A stretch of 64,000 nucleotides of DNA from Clostridia bacterium (GTDB taxonomy: Bacteria > Bacillota > Clostridia > Oscillospirales > CAG-272), in contig JAFTJE010000012.1 of NCBI GenBank assembly GCA_017456545.1, positions 8,829 to 72,828 of the forward strand, given 5' to 3'. Position 1 is the first letter of the stretch, and each line of letters begins with the position of its first letter. Below the pieces are notes generated by a model, which was given only the letters and a program-made list of their open reading frames with translations, was not told where the DNA came from and ran no database searches. The position numbers and the translations under genes are program-made. This document shows, piece by piece, positions 1 through 10,819 of this stretch.

Positions 1-1487
1 TAGAATACTTTGAGTGCTTCGGTAAGCTCTATCCCAAAAATACAAAGGCAGACAGATGCGACCGTTCTCTTGGATACGAGGATTTCTTTGCCGATGAAAT
101 TACCGTTGACGGTGAGCTGAAATACTCCCCCTTCTGGTTCCGTTGCTTCCGTTTCATGGCTGTAAAGGTTTTAGAGGGTGATGTTTCCCTTACCCTTGAC
201 AGATTCCTTGAGGTAAATTATCCCATGCCTGTCCGTAAGGATTATGATTTCGGCAGGGATGACGATAACAGGCTCTGGGAGATAAGCGTACGCACACTCC
301 AAAGATGTATGCACGAGACCTATGAGGACTGCCCCTATTACGAGCAGCTCCAATACTGTATGGATACCTCGACTCAGATGGTATTTAACTATCAGCTCTG
401 CCACGACGACGCATTGGCAAGAAAGGCAATGGACGATTTTGCCGCTGCCCAGCTGGCAAACGGACTTATGCCCTCACGCTATCCCTGTGTTTACGATCAG
501 CATATCCCCTCCTTCCAATTCTATTTTATATTTATGGTATATCAGCACTACATTCGCTTCGGTGACCTCTCCCTTGTGAGAAAGCATCTTCGTGCTATTG
601 ACGGTGTGGTTGAATGGTTTACTGCCCTTATTGACGAGGACGGTATGGTAGGTCAGAGTAAGTATTGGAACTTTGTTGACTGGGCTAAGCCCTGGGTATA
701 TGACCAGGCCCGTGGCTGTGAGGGTGGTGTTCCCCTCGGAGTATATGAGGGTAATATCGGTCTTTACAATCCTATGATGGCTTACTTCCTCCAGGTGGGT
801 GCTAAGCTCAATGAGCTCTGCGGTCGCCGTGATGTGGCAAGAGAATATACAAAAACAGCCAACCTTCTTATAAAGAGCACCAAAAAATACTTCTACGATA
901 AGAAAACAAAGCTCTTTGCCGATGATGTAAACCACATTTACTACTCGCAGCATATGCAGACCTGGTGTGTTCTTGCCGGCGTTGTCCGTGGAGAGCAGGC
1001 TAAGGAAATTATGACCCTTTCCCAGTCTCTTGAGGCTAAGAGCACCTATGCCTTTGCATTCTTCTATTTCCGTGCTCTTGAATCCTGCGGTCTTTATGAA
1101 TATACCGAGGAAATGATGAGCTCCTACAGAAATCTCCTTAAGCTCAACTGCACCACAGTTCCCGAGACTCCCGAGGAGTCAAGAAGTGAATGTCATGCAT
1201 GGGGCTCCATTGCAATATATGAATTCAGTGCAACGATCCTCGGTGTCCGTACAGAAAATGTAGCGGAAAAGTCCATTTCCATAAAGCCCTATATCAAGGG
1301 AAGAGATTATGCTAAGGGCACTGTTTCCACCATTGCGGGAGATGTATATGTAAGCTGGAGAAAGCAGGAGGGAGAGTTTACAATTGAAGTAAGCTCCGAA
1401 AACGACTGTGACAAGGTGGTTTACCTCCCCGACGGAAAAGTAACGGTAATTACAGAAAAGAAAGCAACATTAAAGTGTACTATATAA
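1..1487 (+). CDS. GH78 alpha-L-rhamnosidase, 5'-partial (frame open from window start)
   Basis: Motifs [27 protein letters not shown] and RSECHAWGS; no stop upstream of 156 in this frame. Confidence 0.85.
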   Translation, partial: EYFECFGKLYPKNTKADRCDRSLGYEDFFADEITVDGELKYSPFWFRCFRFMAVKVLEGDVSLTLDRFLEVNYPMPVRKDYDFGRDDDNRLWEISVRTLQRCMHETYEDCPYYEQLQYCMDTSTQMVFNYQLCHDDALARKAMDDFAAAQLANGLMPSRYPCVYDQHIPSFQFYFIFMVYQHYIRFGDLSLVRKHLRAIDGVVEWFTALIDEDGMVGQSKYWNFVDWAKPWVYDQARGCEGGVPLGVYEGNIGLYNPMMAYFLQVGAKLNELCGRRDVAREYTKTANLLIKSTKKYFYDKKTKLFADDVNHIYYSQHMQTWCVLAGVVRGEQAKEIMTLSQSLEAKSTYAFAFFYFRALESCGLYEYTEEMMSSYRNLLKLNCTTVPETPEESRSECHAWGSIAIYEFSATILGVRTENVAEKSISIKPYIKGRDYAKGTVSTIAGDVYVSWRKQEGEFTIEVSSENDCDKVVYLPDGKVTVITEKKATLKCTI

Positions 1488-1504
1488 GCAAAAAGGAGAC
1501 AAAA

Positions 1505-1882
1505 ATGAAAATAGCACTTATTGCCCACGATAAGAAAAAGGATACAATGATAAAGCTGGCTATAAAGTATCAGGAGGTTTTGGCAAAGCATGAGCTTTAC
1601 GCAACCGGTACAACAGGCACACTTGTAATGGGAGAAACAGGACTCAGGATAACGAGAATGAAAAGCGGTCCTCTGGGTGGAGACCAGCAGATAGGCTCCA
1701 TGGTTGCAGAGGGTAAGCTGGACCTTATTATCTTCCTCCGTGACCCCCTTACCTCCCAGCCCCACGAGCCCGATGTTTCTGCTCTCCTTCGCCTTTGCGA
1801 TGTTCAGTCGATTCCCTTGGCTACCAACTACAAGAGTGCAGAAATTATGCTTGACGCATTGAAGAACGGAATTGCCTTCTGA
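1505..1882 (+). CDS. mgsA: Methylglyoxal synthase
   Basis: [33 protein letters not shown]; AGGAG RBS before ATG 1505. Confidence 0.95.
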   Translation: MKIALIAHDKKKDTMIKLAIKYQEVLAKHELYATGTTGTLVMGETGLRITRMKSGPLGGDQQIGSMVAEGKLDLIIFLRDPLTSQPHEPDVSALLRLCDVQSIPLATNYKSAEIMLDALKNGIAF

Positions 1883-1960
1883 AAATAAATAAACCGAGCT
1901 CGGCTATGCCCTGCAAGGCTTTAAGCTTATGCAAATCCGAATAGCTGCGTATTATTAAGC

Positions 1961-1998
1961 AAAAAGACGCCGATTTTCTAAGAATTTCGGCGTCTTTT
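1961..1998 (+). terminator. Intrinsic terminator
   Basis: AAAAGACGCCGA...TCGGCGTCTTTT hairpin with T tract. Confidence 0.75.
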
Positions 1999-2143
1999 AT
2001 TGTAAATATTTAGGTATGTATGTTTACAGACATACTGCTTTGTGTGAAAGTAAAATTCTTTATCCCACACAAATTCTATCCTGTATTCCTGTGATATGCA
2101 TTGTTAATAGCTTCTCTTTCTAAGGCTTTTTTGCCGTTTTCTC

Positions 2144-2172
2144 TTGACATTGAGCTTCTAATAATATAAAAT
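2144..2172 (+). promoter_or_regulatory. SigA-type promoter of rny
   Basis: TTGACA-17bp-TAAAAT. Confidence 0.6.
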
Positions 2173-2303
2173 AATAATGTGTACATATGCGCTTTTTTTG
2201 AGAAAACTCATCTTACATAGCGTTTATACATAATATCGGATTGGGTATCCCCTATCCGCAGACTATTGCATTTGATACGAAAATCAAAAAGAAGGAGGTT
2301 GAA

Positions 2304-3845
2304 ATGGAAGTATTATGTGCGGTACTTGGTGCAATCGGTGGTATCATTGTTGGTATCATTGTCGGAATTATTATTCGTAAAAAGATTGCCGAGAAGCAGA
2401 TAGGCTCCGCTGAGGAGCAGGCGAGACGCTTGCTTGAGGATGCTATTAAGGCTGCTGAGACAAAACGCAAGGAATCCATACTTGAAGCTAAGGAAGAAAT
2501 ACTTGCAGCCCGTAACGAGCACGAGGCTGAGGTAAAGGAACGCAGAGCCGAGCTTAGCAGACAGGAAATGCGTTTGAACACGAGAGAAGAAAATCTCGAC
2601 AAAAAGATTGATGCCATTGAGAAGAAAGACGAAGCTCTTTCCAAAAAAATCAAAGAGACCGAAGAATTAAATCTTAAGATCTCACAGGCCCGTGATGAGC
2701 AGCTTAAGCTACTCGAAAAAATTTCGGGCTACAGTATAGAAGAAGCAAGAGCACTTCTTATTAAAAATTTAGAGGACGAAGTAAAGTACGAGCAGGCACA
2801 AAAGCTCCTTGAGCTTGAGGCTGAATTTAAGGAGGAGGCAGATAAAAAGGCTAAGAATATTATCTCCCTCGCTATTGCCCGTTGTGCATCCGACCATGTG
2901 TCGGAGGCTACTATCTCCGTTGTTGCATTGCCCAGCGATGAAATGAAGGGTAGAATTATCGGCCGTGAGGGTCGAAATGTAAGAGCTATTGAAAATCTTA
3001 CAGGCGTTGAGCTTATTATCGACGACACCCCCGAGGCAATCACAATATCAGGCTTTGACCCTGTACGCAGAGAGGTTGCAAGGCTTGCCCTTGAAAAGCT
3101 TATCTCCGACGGTCGTATCCATCCCACAAGGATTGAGGACTGTGTTGAGAAGGCTAAACGGGAGGTTGAGGCTTCTATTAAGCAGGCAGGCGAAAAGGCT
3201 ACCTTTGAAATCGGAATCCACAGTCTTAACTTTGAGCTTGTTAAGCTCCTTGGCAGACTTAAATACAGAACCAGCTACGGTCAGAATGTTCTTACACACT
3301 CCATGGAGGTTGCAGAGCTTGCAGGAGTTATGGCAGCAGAGCTTGGTGCCGATGTTACATTGGCTAAGCGTGCAGGTCTTCTCCACGATATCGGTAAGGC
3401 ACTTACAGCAGAGGTTGAGGGCTCCCATGTTCAAATCGGCGTAGATGTGGCTAAGAAGTATAAGGAGAGCAAGGAAATTCTCCACGCTATTGAGGCTCAC
3501 CACGGTGATGTAGAGGCACATTCTATTATCGCAGTTATCGTTCAGGCAGCGGATGCAATATCTGCGGCACGCCCCGGTGCAAGACGGGAAAATATCGAAA
3601 ACTATATCAAGCGTCTTGAAAAGCTTGAGGAGATTGCAGGCAGCTTTGACGGGGTTGAAAAGACCTTTGCTATCCAGGCAGGCCGTGAAATCAGAATTAT
3701 GGTTAAGCCCGAGCTTATCAATGATGAAAGAATGGCTCTTGTTGCAAGAGACATTGTAAAGAAGATTGAATCCGAGCTTGAATATCCCGGTCAGATTAAG
3801 GTAAATCTTATCAGGGAAAGCCGTGTGGTTGACTACGCCAAATAA
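2304..3845 (+). CDS. rny: Ribonuclease Y
   Basis: N-terminal TM helix, coiled coil, KH ([11 protein letters not shown]), HD (LLHDIGK); AGGAGG RBS before ATG 2304. Confidence 0.97.
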   Translation: MEVLCAVLGAIGGIIVGIIVGIIIRKKIAEKQIGSAEEQARRLLEDAIKAAETKRKESILEAKEEILAARNEHEAEVKERRAELSRQEMRLNTREENLDKKIDAIEKKDEALSKKIKETEELNLKISQARDEQLKLLEKISGYSIEEARALLIKNLEDEVKYEQAQKLLELEAEFKEEADKKAKNIISLAIARCASDHVSEATISVVALPSDEMKGRIIGREGRNVRAIENLTGVELIIDDTPEAITISGFDPVRREVARLALEKLISDGRIHPTRIEDCVEKAKREVEASIKQAGEKATFEIGIHSLNFELVKLLGRLKYRTSYGQNVLTHSMEVAELAGVMAAELGADVTLAKRAGLLHDIGKALTAEVEGSHVQIGVDVAKKYKESKEILHAIEAHHGDVEAHSIIAVIVQAADAISAARPGARRENIENYIKRLEKLEEIAGSFDGVEKTFAIQAGREIRIMVKPELINDERMALVARDIVKKIESELEYPGQIKVNLIRESRVVDYAK

Positions 3846-3995
3846 GCTCACGGCTCATAAAAATACCTGAAATATATCTTTTGTATTATTTTAATATAAA
3901 CGGATATGTTCACCTTGAAAACGGAAATGGGCTGTCTACAATGTCAGCCCTTTTTCATAAAGCAGTCGGGCACTCCCGAATAGAAAGAAAATAAA

Positions 3996-4790
3996 ATGAA
4001 GCCATTTAATATTCTTGCACTCGGTGACATATGCGGCCCCGAGGCAACAAAATTCCTTTGTAAAAGACTATGGTCTATTCGCCGTCAGTATGGCGTAAGC
4101 ATGGTAGTAGCAAACGCGGAAAACTGTGCCGAGCCCAACGGAATAGATAAGGACAGTGCCATCTCTCTTTTCGAGAGTGGTGTTGATGTTATAACAACAG
4201 GAAACCATGTATACAGAAAATCATCGGTGTTTTCCTACCTCGATGACGAAAAAAACCTGCTCCGTCCCTTGAATTTCCCGTCAACCAACCCGGGGCATGG
4301 CTCCGTAATCGCAAAAATTGACGGTGTGCGTGTCCTTTGTATGAATGTCCTCGGTGACGCATATATGGACCCGTCGGGCTGTCCCTTTGATGCAGTGGAA
4401 AGGGAGCTTGACCGTCAGGTGGGAAATTACGATTTTGCCCTTTTGGATATCCACGCAGAGGCAACGGGAGAAAAGAAGGCTATTGCCTACAATTTTTCCG
4501 ACAGGATTTCCGTCTGCTTCGGTACCCATACCCATGTACAAACCTCCGACGCACAGGTCCTTGACGGAAAATGTGCCTACCTTACCGACCTTGGCATGTG
4601 TGGAGCTGTTGATTCCGTCTTAGGAGTTAAAAAGGAGGCTGTAATACACAAGATGAAAACAAAAATGCTCTCCCGATTTGACTTTGCAGGGGGAGAAATG
4701 TGTATTGAGGGTGCAATTTTCAGCGTAAATACAGACACTTGGCACGGTATTTCGTGCAAAAATATAAGAATTACAGGAGAGTTAAAATGA
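3996..4790 (+). CDS. ymdB: YmdB-family metallophosphoesterase
   Basis: GDICG, NAEN, TTGNH, DIHAEATGEK, GTHTHVQT; follows rny. Confidence 0.92.
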   Translation: MKPFNILALGDICGPEATKFLCKRLWSIRRQYGVSMVVANAENCAEPNGIDKDSAISLFESGVDVITTGNHVYRKSSVFSYLDDEKNLLRPLNFPSTNPGHGSVIAKIDGVRVLCMNVLGDAYMDPSGCPFDAVERELDRQVGNYDFALLDIHAEATGEKKAIAYNFSDRISVCFGTHTHVQTSDAQVLDGKCAYLTDLGMCGAVDSVLGVKKEAVIHKMKTKMLSRFDFAGGEMCIEGAIFSVNTDTWHGISCKNIRITGELK

Positions 4791-6064
4791 AAACAACAGA
4801 GCTCTTAAAGTTTATTAAGGAAGGTAAGCTTGACGCAAGGCTTTCCGACATCTACGGCGAGGAGAACCTTGCCGAGCAGAGAAAAAGATATGAGGATGCC
4901 GTTTCCGAGTTTGCATCCTTTTACGGCGAGTGTGAGGCTTCCCTCTTCTCCGTTCCGGGCAGAAGTGAGATTTCCGGCAACCACACCGACCACAACCACG
5001 GAGAGGTCCTTGCAGGCTCCATAAACCTGGATATTATTGCAGTGTCCGCTATGACCGACGACGGCGTTATAAAAATCAAATCAGCAGGCTTTCCCGAGGA
5101 CTGTGTGGATATAAATTCCTACACCTCCCCCGTTGAATCCGACTTTTTCAAGTCCAATGCCCTTATTGCAGGTATGGCAAAGGCATTTACCGACAACGGC
5201 TATAAGGCAGGAGGCTATGTTGCTTATACCACATCAAATGTATTCAAGGGCTCAGGTCTTTCCTCCTCTGCCGCATTCGAGGTTATGGTAGGTAATATCC
5301 TTAATCACTTCTATAACGACGGCAAGGTAGATAATGTGGAAATTGCAAAGATGGCACAGTTCTCCGAAAATGTTTTCTTCGGTAAGCCCTGCGGTCTTAT
5401 GGACCAGATGGCGTGTGCAGTCGGTGGATTTGTACATATTGATTTCTTTAACCCCAAGGCTCCCTTGATTAACAAGATTAATTTTGACCTGAGTGGAGCA
5501 GGCTACTCCCTCTGTATTATAAATACAGGCGGAAACCACGCTGACCTCAACGAGGATTATGCATCTGTTCCCGCAGAGATGAAGTCCGTTGCAAAATATT
5601 ACGGAAAAACCGTTCTTGCAGAGATGGACAGAGATATCCTTATGTCCGATATTGAAAAGCTCCGTGTGGCAGTAGGCGACAGAGCTATACTTCGTGCTGC
5701 TCACTTCTTTAACGAGAATGACAGAGTTGAGGTACAGGCAAGAGCACTTTTGGAAAATGACCTGGAAAAATTCCTTCAGTATGTGCTTAAATCCGGTCAG
5801 TCCTCCTATATGTACCTCCAGAATGTATTTACAACTAAGAATGTTGCCGAGCAGGGACTTTCCCTGGCTCTCTGCATTACCGATATGACTCTTTCCGGCT
5901 CGGGTGCGGCTTGGCGTGTTCACGGTGGAGGCTTTGCAGGTACTATCCAGGCATTTGTTCCCCATAGATATGTTGAGCTTTATAAGAAAAATATTGAAAA
6001 GGCGTTTGGCGAGGGTGCTTGCCATGTGCTTCGTATCCGTCCCTACGGAGCTATAAGGGTATAA
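4787..6064 (+). CDS. galK: Galactokinase-family GHMP kinase
   Basis: PGRSEISGNHTDHNHG, GSGLSSSAA, KPCGLMDQ, RVHGGGFAG. Confidence 0.85.
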   Translation: MKTTELLKFIKEGKLDARLSDIYGEENLAEQRKRYEDAVSEFASFYGECEASLFSVPGRSEISGNHTDHNHGEVLAGSINLDIIAVSAMTDDGVIKIKSAGFPEDCVDINSYTSPVESDFFKSNALIAGMAKAFTDNGYKAGGYVAYTTSNVFKGSGLSSSAAFEVMVGNILNHFYNDGKVDNVEIAKMAQFSENVFFGKPCGLMDQMACAVGGFVHIDFFNPKAPLINKINFDLSGAGYSLCIINTGGNHADLNEDYASVPAEMKSVAKYYGKTVLAEMDRDILMSDIEKLRVAVGDRAILRAAHFFNENDRVEVQARALLENDLEKFLQYVLKSGQSSYMYLQNVFTTKNVAEQGLSLALCITDMTLSGSGAAWRVHGGGFAGTIQAFVPHRYVELYKKNIEKAFGEGACHVLRIRPYGAIRV

Positions 6065-6108
6065 ATCTAAATATTTACCTATATAAAAAGCTCCTTGAGG
6101 TTTATCCG

Positions 6109-6885
6109 ATGCAAATATACACATTGTTTTCCGGCTCAAGCGGAAATTGCGTGTATATAAAGGACAGGGGTACAGAATTACTTATAGATGCAGGTAAAAG
6201 TGCGGGGGCGATTGAAAAGTCACTTACCGCACTTAACTCTTCCCTTTCCAATATAGACGCCATATTTCTTACCCACGAGCATGCAGACCATACCGTCGGC
6301 CTTGAAATTATATCAAAAAAGTACCGCATACCCGTACATATTACTGCTCCTTCCTATGACAGGATGGTTTCTCCCACATCCTCTCTCTGTGCCTGTGCAT
6401 GGAGACGGGAGGTACATTACAGCACAAGGATAGGCTCCCTTACCGTTACCTCCTTTGAAATACCTCACGACAGTATGCAGAATGTGGGCTATATCATAGA
6501 AAACGAAGAGGGAGAAAAATTCGGTGTTGCCACGGATATGGGTCACATTACAGAGGAGATACTCTCCTATCTTTCCGGGTGCCATTATGCGATTATAGAG
6601 TCAAATCACGACACGGGAATGGTAAAATCAGGTCCCTATCCCTACTTTCTGAAGCAGAGGATACTCTCCGACAGGGGACATCTATGTAACGAGGAATGCT
6701 CCCGTCTTGCCATATTCTTGGCAGAAAGAGGTACAAGAGCCCTTACCCTTGCCCATCTCAGTCGGGAGAACAACACCCCCGATAAGGCTCTTTCCGTCAC
6801 CAGACAGGCACTTGACACTGCAGGCTTTTTCTCTGTGGAGCTAAATGTCGCCTCCCCTATAATAACTACCTGCGTACACAAATGA
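6109..6885 (+). CDS. MBL-fold hydrolase, YycJ/WalJ-like
   Basis: SGSSGN, THEHADH, ESNHD, HLSRENN; GAGG RBS before ATG 6109. Confidence 0.85.
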   Translation: MQIYTLFSGSSGNCVYIKDRGTELLIDAGKSAGAIEKSLTALNSSLSNIDAIFLTHEHADHTVGLEIISKKYRIPVHITAPSYDRMVSPTSSLCACAWRREVHYSTRIGSLTVTSFEIPHDSMQNVGYIIENEEGEKFGVATDMGHITEEILSYLSGCHYAIIESNHDTGMVKSGPYPYFLKQRILSDRGHLCNEECSRLAIFLAERGTRALTLAHLSRENNTPDKALSVTRQALDTAGFFSVELNVASPIITTCVHK

Positions 6886-6910
6886 CACCGTATATTATAA
6901 GAATATATTA

Positions 6911-6937
6911 AAAAACAGCCACAGAGTGGCTGTTTTT
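6911..6937. terminator. Bidirectional terminator hairpin, copy 1
   Basis: AAAAACAGCCAC-AGA-GTGGCTGTTTTT between convergent genes. Confidence 0.8.
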
Positions 6938-7271
6938 ATGTTTTCTTTTCAAGCTCATCTATTAACCAAGGAACATCATCGACAAGAGTTGAATATACAA
7001 CAGACAAATCCACATGACCATAATCGTGTACTATTCTGTTTCTCAATCCTGATATATCCGTCCAAGGAATATTTCTATGCCGGTTTTTGTACTCTTCAGT
7101 CAGCTTTCTTGAATTTTCCTGTACTTGTATTAATCTGAAAAGCATAGAGTCAAAAAGTATTTCGTTCCCTTCAAGCTCTCCCTTCGAAATACCTTTTGTA
7201 TGAAGAACAATGAATTTAAGATCTGTAAGCATCTTATCTATATAGTATTGATCGTTTTTAATCTTATCCAT
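6936..7271 (-). CDS. HEPN (DUF86) RNase toxin of a HEPN-MNT module
   Basis: RNRIVHDY (RX4HXY) and IPW motif; overlaps upstream MNT gene. Confidence 0.9.
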   Translation of the reverse strand: MDKIKNDQYYIDKMLTDLKFIVLHTKGISKGELEGNEILFDSMLFRLIQVQENSRKLTEEYKNRHRNIPWTDISGLRNRIVHDYGHVDLSVVYSTLVDDVPWLIDELEKKT

Positions 7272-7737
7272 ATATCCTTATACCGTCCTTTAATATTTCT
7301 TCAATAAGCTCCTCGTTGCCCGGTAACTGATTAAAGTCAAGAAGGTCCACTTTTTTATGAAGCTCCTGTCTTAATCTTTCCGCCATTCCAAAAAATTTAA
7401 GCCCCTTTGCGTCCGTTGATATAAGAAGATCAACATCACTTGTTTCCTTTGCCTTACCCTTCGCATAGGAGCCAAAAAGAATACAGTATTTTACATTGTA
7501 CTCCTGAAAAACCGTACCACAAGCTTTTTTTATCTCCTCTAAGGACAATATGCCGTGTTCCTCGTCCAGCTCAATATATTTTTCAAGCTGCTCTATCATA
7601 TATTTGTATTTTATTACATTCTTTCTTTCTTCTTCGTTTTCATACATTTTATAGGAACGAAGGGAAACACCGAGATATTCGCTTGCTTCCTTTTGAGTAA
7701 GCTTTTTTTCTACTCTTATTTCTCTTAATGTTGCCAT
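7264..7737 (-). CDS. XRE-HTH fused to minimal nucleotidyltransferase (MNT antitoxin)
   Basis: N-terminal LTQKEASEYLGVS HTH; LFGSYAKG-X6-DVDL and KVDL. Confidence 0.88.
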   Translation of the reverse strand: MATLREIRVEKKLTQKEASEYLGVSLRSYKMYENEEERKNVIKYKYMIEQLEKYIELDEEHGILSLEEIKKACGTVFQEYNVKYCILFGSYAKGKAKETSDVDLLISTDAKGLKFFGMAERLRQELHKKVDLLDFNQLPGNEELIEEILKDGIRIYG

Positions 7738-7770
7738 ATTGTCGCCTCCTTCTGTTTATATATTATCATT

Positions 7771-7837
7771 TTTGCACTTTTTTGTCAATAGTAAAAGTGC
7801 AAATTTTGCACTTTTTGAAAATTTACAAAGTGCAAAA
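7771..7837. promoter_or_regulatory. Candidate operator array over the HTH-MNT promoter
   Basis: Four TTTGCACTTT/AAAGTGCAAA copies in alternating orientation around a minus-strand TTGACA (7783-7788). Confidence 0.6.
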
Positions 7838-8350
7838 TTATTGGAGCAGACTGTAATAAAATCTGCGTCTTGACAGGGCAAGATAGATATAATAGATAAA
7901 TATATTTATTATAAAGGAAAGAAAATATCCAAGGGGTCGGCTATTTAACAGTCTTGTAAGTATAAATGCCCCCTCCCAGGCAAGGGAAACAAAGTACACG
8001 GATGTGGCTAAATGTAGGGCTGTAACGGTAAAAAGTGCCACGGTAACTGTGTATTCACCGTTTTTTATGCAGGATACAAGGTCACGCCATATTCCATTAT
8101 AGCCCTCTGCCTCAAGCTGACAGATTAAGCTTTCTCTTTTTTTCCTGCTTGAAAAATGCTTTATATAAACTGACAGCATAGGTATAAGCATCGCTACAAA
8201 AACAGCCACGGGCACGGATATTTTATCAAAAATTTCATTTTTAAGTATTATATTGCATAAAGCTCCTATAATGTAATAAATAAAATACCCCATCACAGAT
8301 GATACGGTTATAATTATTATATCGAATACGGTTCCTTCTGCTTTATTCAT
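7838..8350 (-). CDS. Hypothetical membrane protein (about 4 TM)
   Basis: Hydrophobic segments; AGGAG RBS. Confidence 0.7.
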   Translation of the reverse strand: MNKAEGTVFDIIIITVSSVMGYFIYYIIGALCNIILKNEIFDKISVPVAVFVAMLIPMLSVYIKHFSSRKKRESLICQLEAEGYNGIWRDLVSCIKNGEYTVTVALFTVTALHLATSVYFVSLAWEGAFILTRLLNSRPLGYFLSFIINIFIYYIYLALSRRRFYYSLLQ

Positions 8351-8368
8351 TTTCTCTCCTTCAACACT

Positions 8369-8393
8369 AAAACAGCCACGGAGTGGCTGTTTT
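8369..8393. terminator. Terminator hairpin, copy 2
   Basis: AAAACAGCCAC-GGA-GTGGCTGTTTT, near-identical to 6911-6937. Confidence 0.7.
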
Positions 8394-8783
8394 TTACTTT
8401 TCGCTTAGTATGGAGTAAATCTTTTCTGCGTTTCTTTTTCGGCTGAGGCGATAGGAGAAGAAAATATCCTCTATCCACCACACATAAGAAAGGAGCTGTA
8501 ATGCAAAGCCAACCGTTCCGAAGCCACCGAACAGATATCCTATAATTCCCAGAGCAAGCTTGCCTATACCAAGTCTAATATCTCCTGCGTAAAACCTGTC
8601 TGCTCCGAAAATTCCTAAGAAAAGTGACAAAATTACGGTTGCGTATATGTTTTTTAGCTTCAGCTCCTTTATTTTATTACATTTTTCCTCGCTTTCGGCA
8701 TCAAGCTTTATGCACAGCTCTCTGTACGCTTCCTTTGGGATGTGCTTTCTTATTTTACATATATAGTCGGAGTTATTGCTCAT
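8394..8783 (-). CDS. TM2-domain membrane protein
   Basis: LSLFLGIFGADRFYAG motif. Confidence 0.8.
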   Translation of the reverse strand: MSNNSDYICKIRKHIPKEAYRELCIKLDAESEEKCNKIKELKLKNIYATVILSLFLGIFGADRFYAGDIRLGIGKLALGIIGYLFGGFGTVGFALQLLSYVWWIEDIFFSYRLSRKRNAEKIYSILSEK

Positions 8784-9180
8784 CGTCTCCACCGTTAAGC
8801 TCACGGAGTCTTTTATTTATTCCTTCAATATGCTTCCTTTGTATTATTTCTATGGCTATTAAAAGTCCAAAATAGATCAAAGCATATAAAACAAACATTA
8901 TTACTGTCCTTAAATAATTTATTTTACTTTTATAAATTACAAGAGCAATAAATGCAATAAGCATCACTCCAAAGGCCCTTAATAAATTTTTGACTGTTTT
9001 TTGTAATGAGGTGCTACATACAAATATCTCGTAGCAGGTTACAGCAACGGAAAGAACAGCTAATAACCGTGCAAATCCTATACCGTAGATTTCGGGGTTT
9101 ATTGAATTTGCTATTAAAAATAAAGCGAGCATAAGGCCCATATTTCGAAAAATTGCGTTCAAATAATTATTCAACCTCAT
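8773..9180 (-). CDS. Membrane protein, putative LytTR-system partner
   Basis: About 4 TM segments; directly downstream of the LytTR gene. Confidence 0.65.
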   Translation of the reverse strand: MRLNNYLNAIFRNMGLMLALFLIANSINPEIYGIGFARLLAVLSVAVTCYEIFVCSTSLQKTVKNLLRAFGVMLIAFIALVIYKSKINYLRTVIMFVLYALIYFGLLIAIEIIQRKHIEGINKRLRELNGGDDEQ

Positions 9181-9182
9181 AT

Positions 9183-9620
9183 TTACACCCCCAGCTTCTT
9201 TCTGATATCATTCACATACCCACGGGAAATTATAATTTTCTCTCCGTTTGCAAGAGTTCCCAAAAGACGGGCATTCTTTTCCCTTTTTATGCTTTTCAGC
9301 TTTTTCAAATTTACAATAGAGGTTTTGGAGACACGGACAAAATATGTGTCCCTCAGTCCCTCCTCTAAATTATAAAGGCGAGCCTGACATTTATACACCG
9401 TTTTATCGGTGTAAAAGAAAACACTGCCGTCCACACTCTCAAAATAGTATATCTCTCCCAAGGGAATAAAAAAGGTCTCTCCGTCTGTTTCTCCTGCAAG
9501 GTTTTTTCCTATTACGCTGACGCAGGATATAATTTCCTGTATTTCACTGTTTAGCTCAGCACATTTTATAAGAACCTCGGGCTCTCTGTACGCTTCATTT
9601 TTATCAATTGTTATCTTCAT
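9183..9620 (-). CDS. Stand-alone LytTR transcriptional regulator
   Basis: IYYFES, LYNLEE, FVRVSKTSIVN, ISRGY. Confidence 0.9.
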   Translation of the reverse strand: MKITIDKNEAYREPEVLIKCAELNSEIQEIISCVSVIGKNLAGETDGETFFIPLGEIYYFESVDGSVFFYTDKTVYKCQARLYNLEEGLRDTYFVRVSKTSIVNLKKLKSIKREKNARLLGTLANGEKIIISRGYVNDIRKKLGV

Positions 9621-9688
9621 TTCGCCCTCCCTGTTTACTTTTGTACTTTTAGTTTACTGCAATACAAAACCAAAATCAAGGGAATTTT

Positions 9689-9720
9689 GGTAAGTTGCAT
9701 TTTTAAGACGGTAGGATGCA
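9689..9720 (-). promoter_or_regulatory. LytTR-type direct-repeat binding site
   Basis: GGTAAGTTGCA and GGTAGGATGCA, 21 bp apart, upstream of the LytTR gene. Confidence 0.65.
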
Positions 9721-9821
9721 AAAATAACACATAATTTCCATAAAATAATTGTTGACAAATCTAAAACTATGTGCTAATATATACGCATAAAAATAGAATG
9801 AAGATAAGGAGGCACTAAGAA

Positions 9822-10049
9822 ATGGTTAAGGTTATTTGCAAGAAGGAATACAACACAGAAACAGCTGAGCTTGTAAAGAAGGTAACAGTTGGTGAATTCG
9901 GTGATCCCACAGGATACGAGGAAACACTTTATGTAACTGCTGACGGCTACTTCTTCCTTTACACAAACGGTGGTGAGGAGTCCCTTTACCCTGTTGAGAG
10001 CATTAAGAGAATGTCCAAGAAAACAGCAGACGAATGGCTCGCAAAATAA
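9822..10049 (+). CDS. Small hypothetical protein
   Basis: AGGAGG RBS, TTGACA promoter element upstream, hairpin terminator downstream. Confidence 0.75.
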   Translation: MVKVICKKEYNTETAELVKKVTVGEFGDPTGYEETLYVTADGYFFLYTNGGEESLYPVESIKRMSKKTADEWLAK

Positions 10050-10098
10050 GTACATAAAAATGCCGATATGGAATCAAATCCACATCGGCTTTTTATTT

Positions 10099-10677
10099 TT
10101 ATTTCTTTAAGCTATCTCTGATTTCGGTAAGAAGACTTTGCTGGGTTTTGAAGTATTCTATCTTCGCTTCCTCACGGGCTTTTGTCTCTGCTGCCTCGGC
10201 TTCTGCCTTAGCCTTAGCCTCTGCTTCAAGCCTTTGTGCCTCGGCTTTAGCCTCCTCCTCTGCCTTCTTTTTGGCTTCAACCTCATCACGGTTAAGCTCC
10301 TCGTAGAGCCGTCTGCTTTCCTCTTCTACACGCTTTCTTAAATGGTTATATACCTTTATTATTATAAATACAACAAGGGCAGTAAGTAAGAAATCTATTA
10401 CAGCCTGCAATATAAGACCGTAGGTTATAGCCACCTCGCCCTGTATAACCTCACCCGAGGCATCTACTATTTCATCCTTAAGTACCCATTTCCATTCCGA
10501 TAGAGAAAGCCCCTGGAGAATGAGTCCTAAAAGAGGATTAATAAAGCTGCTTACAATCTGGGATACTATTTTATTAAACGCCGCACCTATTACCACAGCA
10601 ACAGCTAAATCCACTACATTGCCCTTAGCAATAAACTGTCGAAATTCGCCTGCCAGCTTTTTATTCTTGCTTGACAT
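10099..10677 (-). CDS. mscL: Large-conductance mechanosensitive channel
   Basis: EFRQFIAKGNVVDLAVAVVIGAAF and LLTEIRD; extended AEK-rich linker. Confidence 0.93.
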   Translation of the reverse strand: MSSKNKKLAGEFRQFIAKGNVVDLAVAVVIGAAFNKIVSQIVSSFINPLLGLILQGLSLSEWKWVLKDEIVDASGEVIQGEVAITYGLILQAVIDFLLTALVVFIIIKVYNHLRKRVEEESRRLYEELNRDEVEAKKKAEEEAKAEAQRLEAEAKAKAEAEAAETKAREEAKIEYFKTQQSLLTEIRDSLKK

Positions 10678-10819
10678 ATTTTTCTCCTATCTCCCCCGTA
10701 AGGGCGTATTGAGAGCTTCTCTCCCTATTGGGCGTCAGCCATATCGAGCATCACCGTATCGGGCATCAGCCTGTTTATGTATCCAACGGACACAACCCAT
10801 TGAAGTCTTTGGATTCAAA

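Noticed and set aside
3048-6139. Long antisense ORFs opposite rny and galK (and similar ones opposite gyrAB, gatA, nadE)
   Set aside because: Shadow frames of well-supported genes
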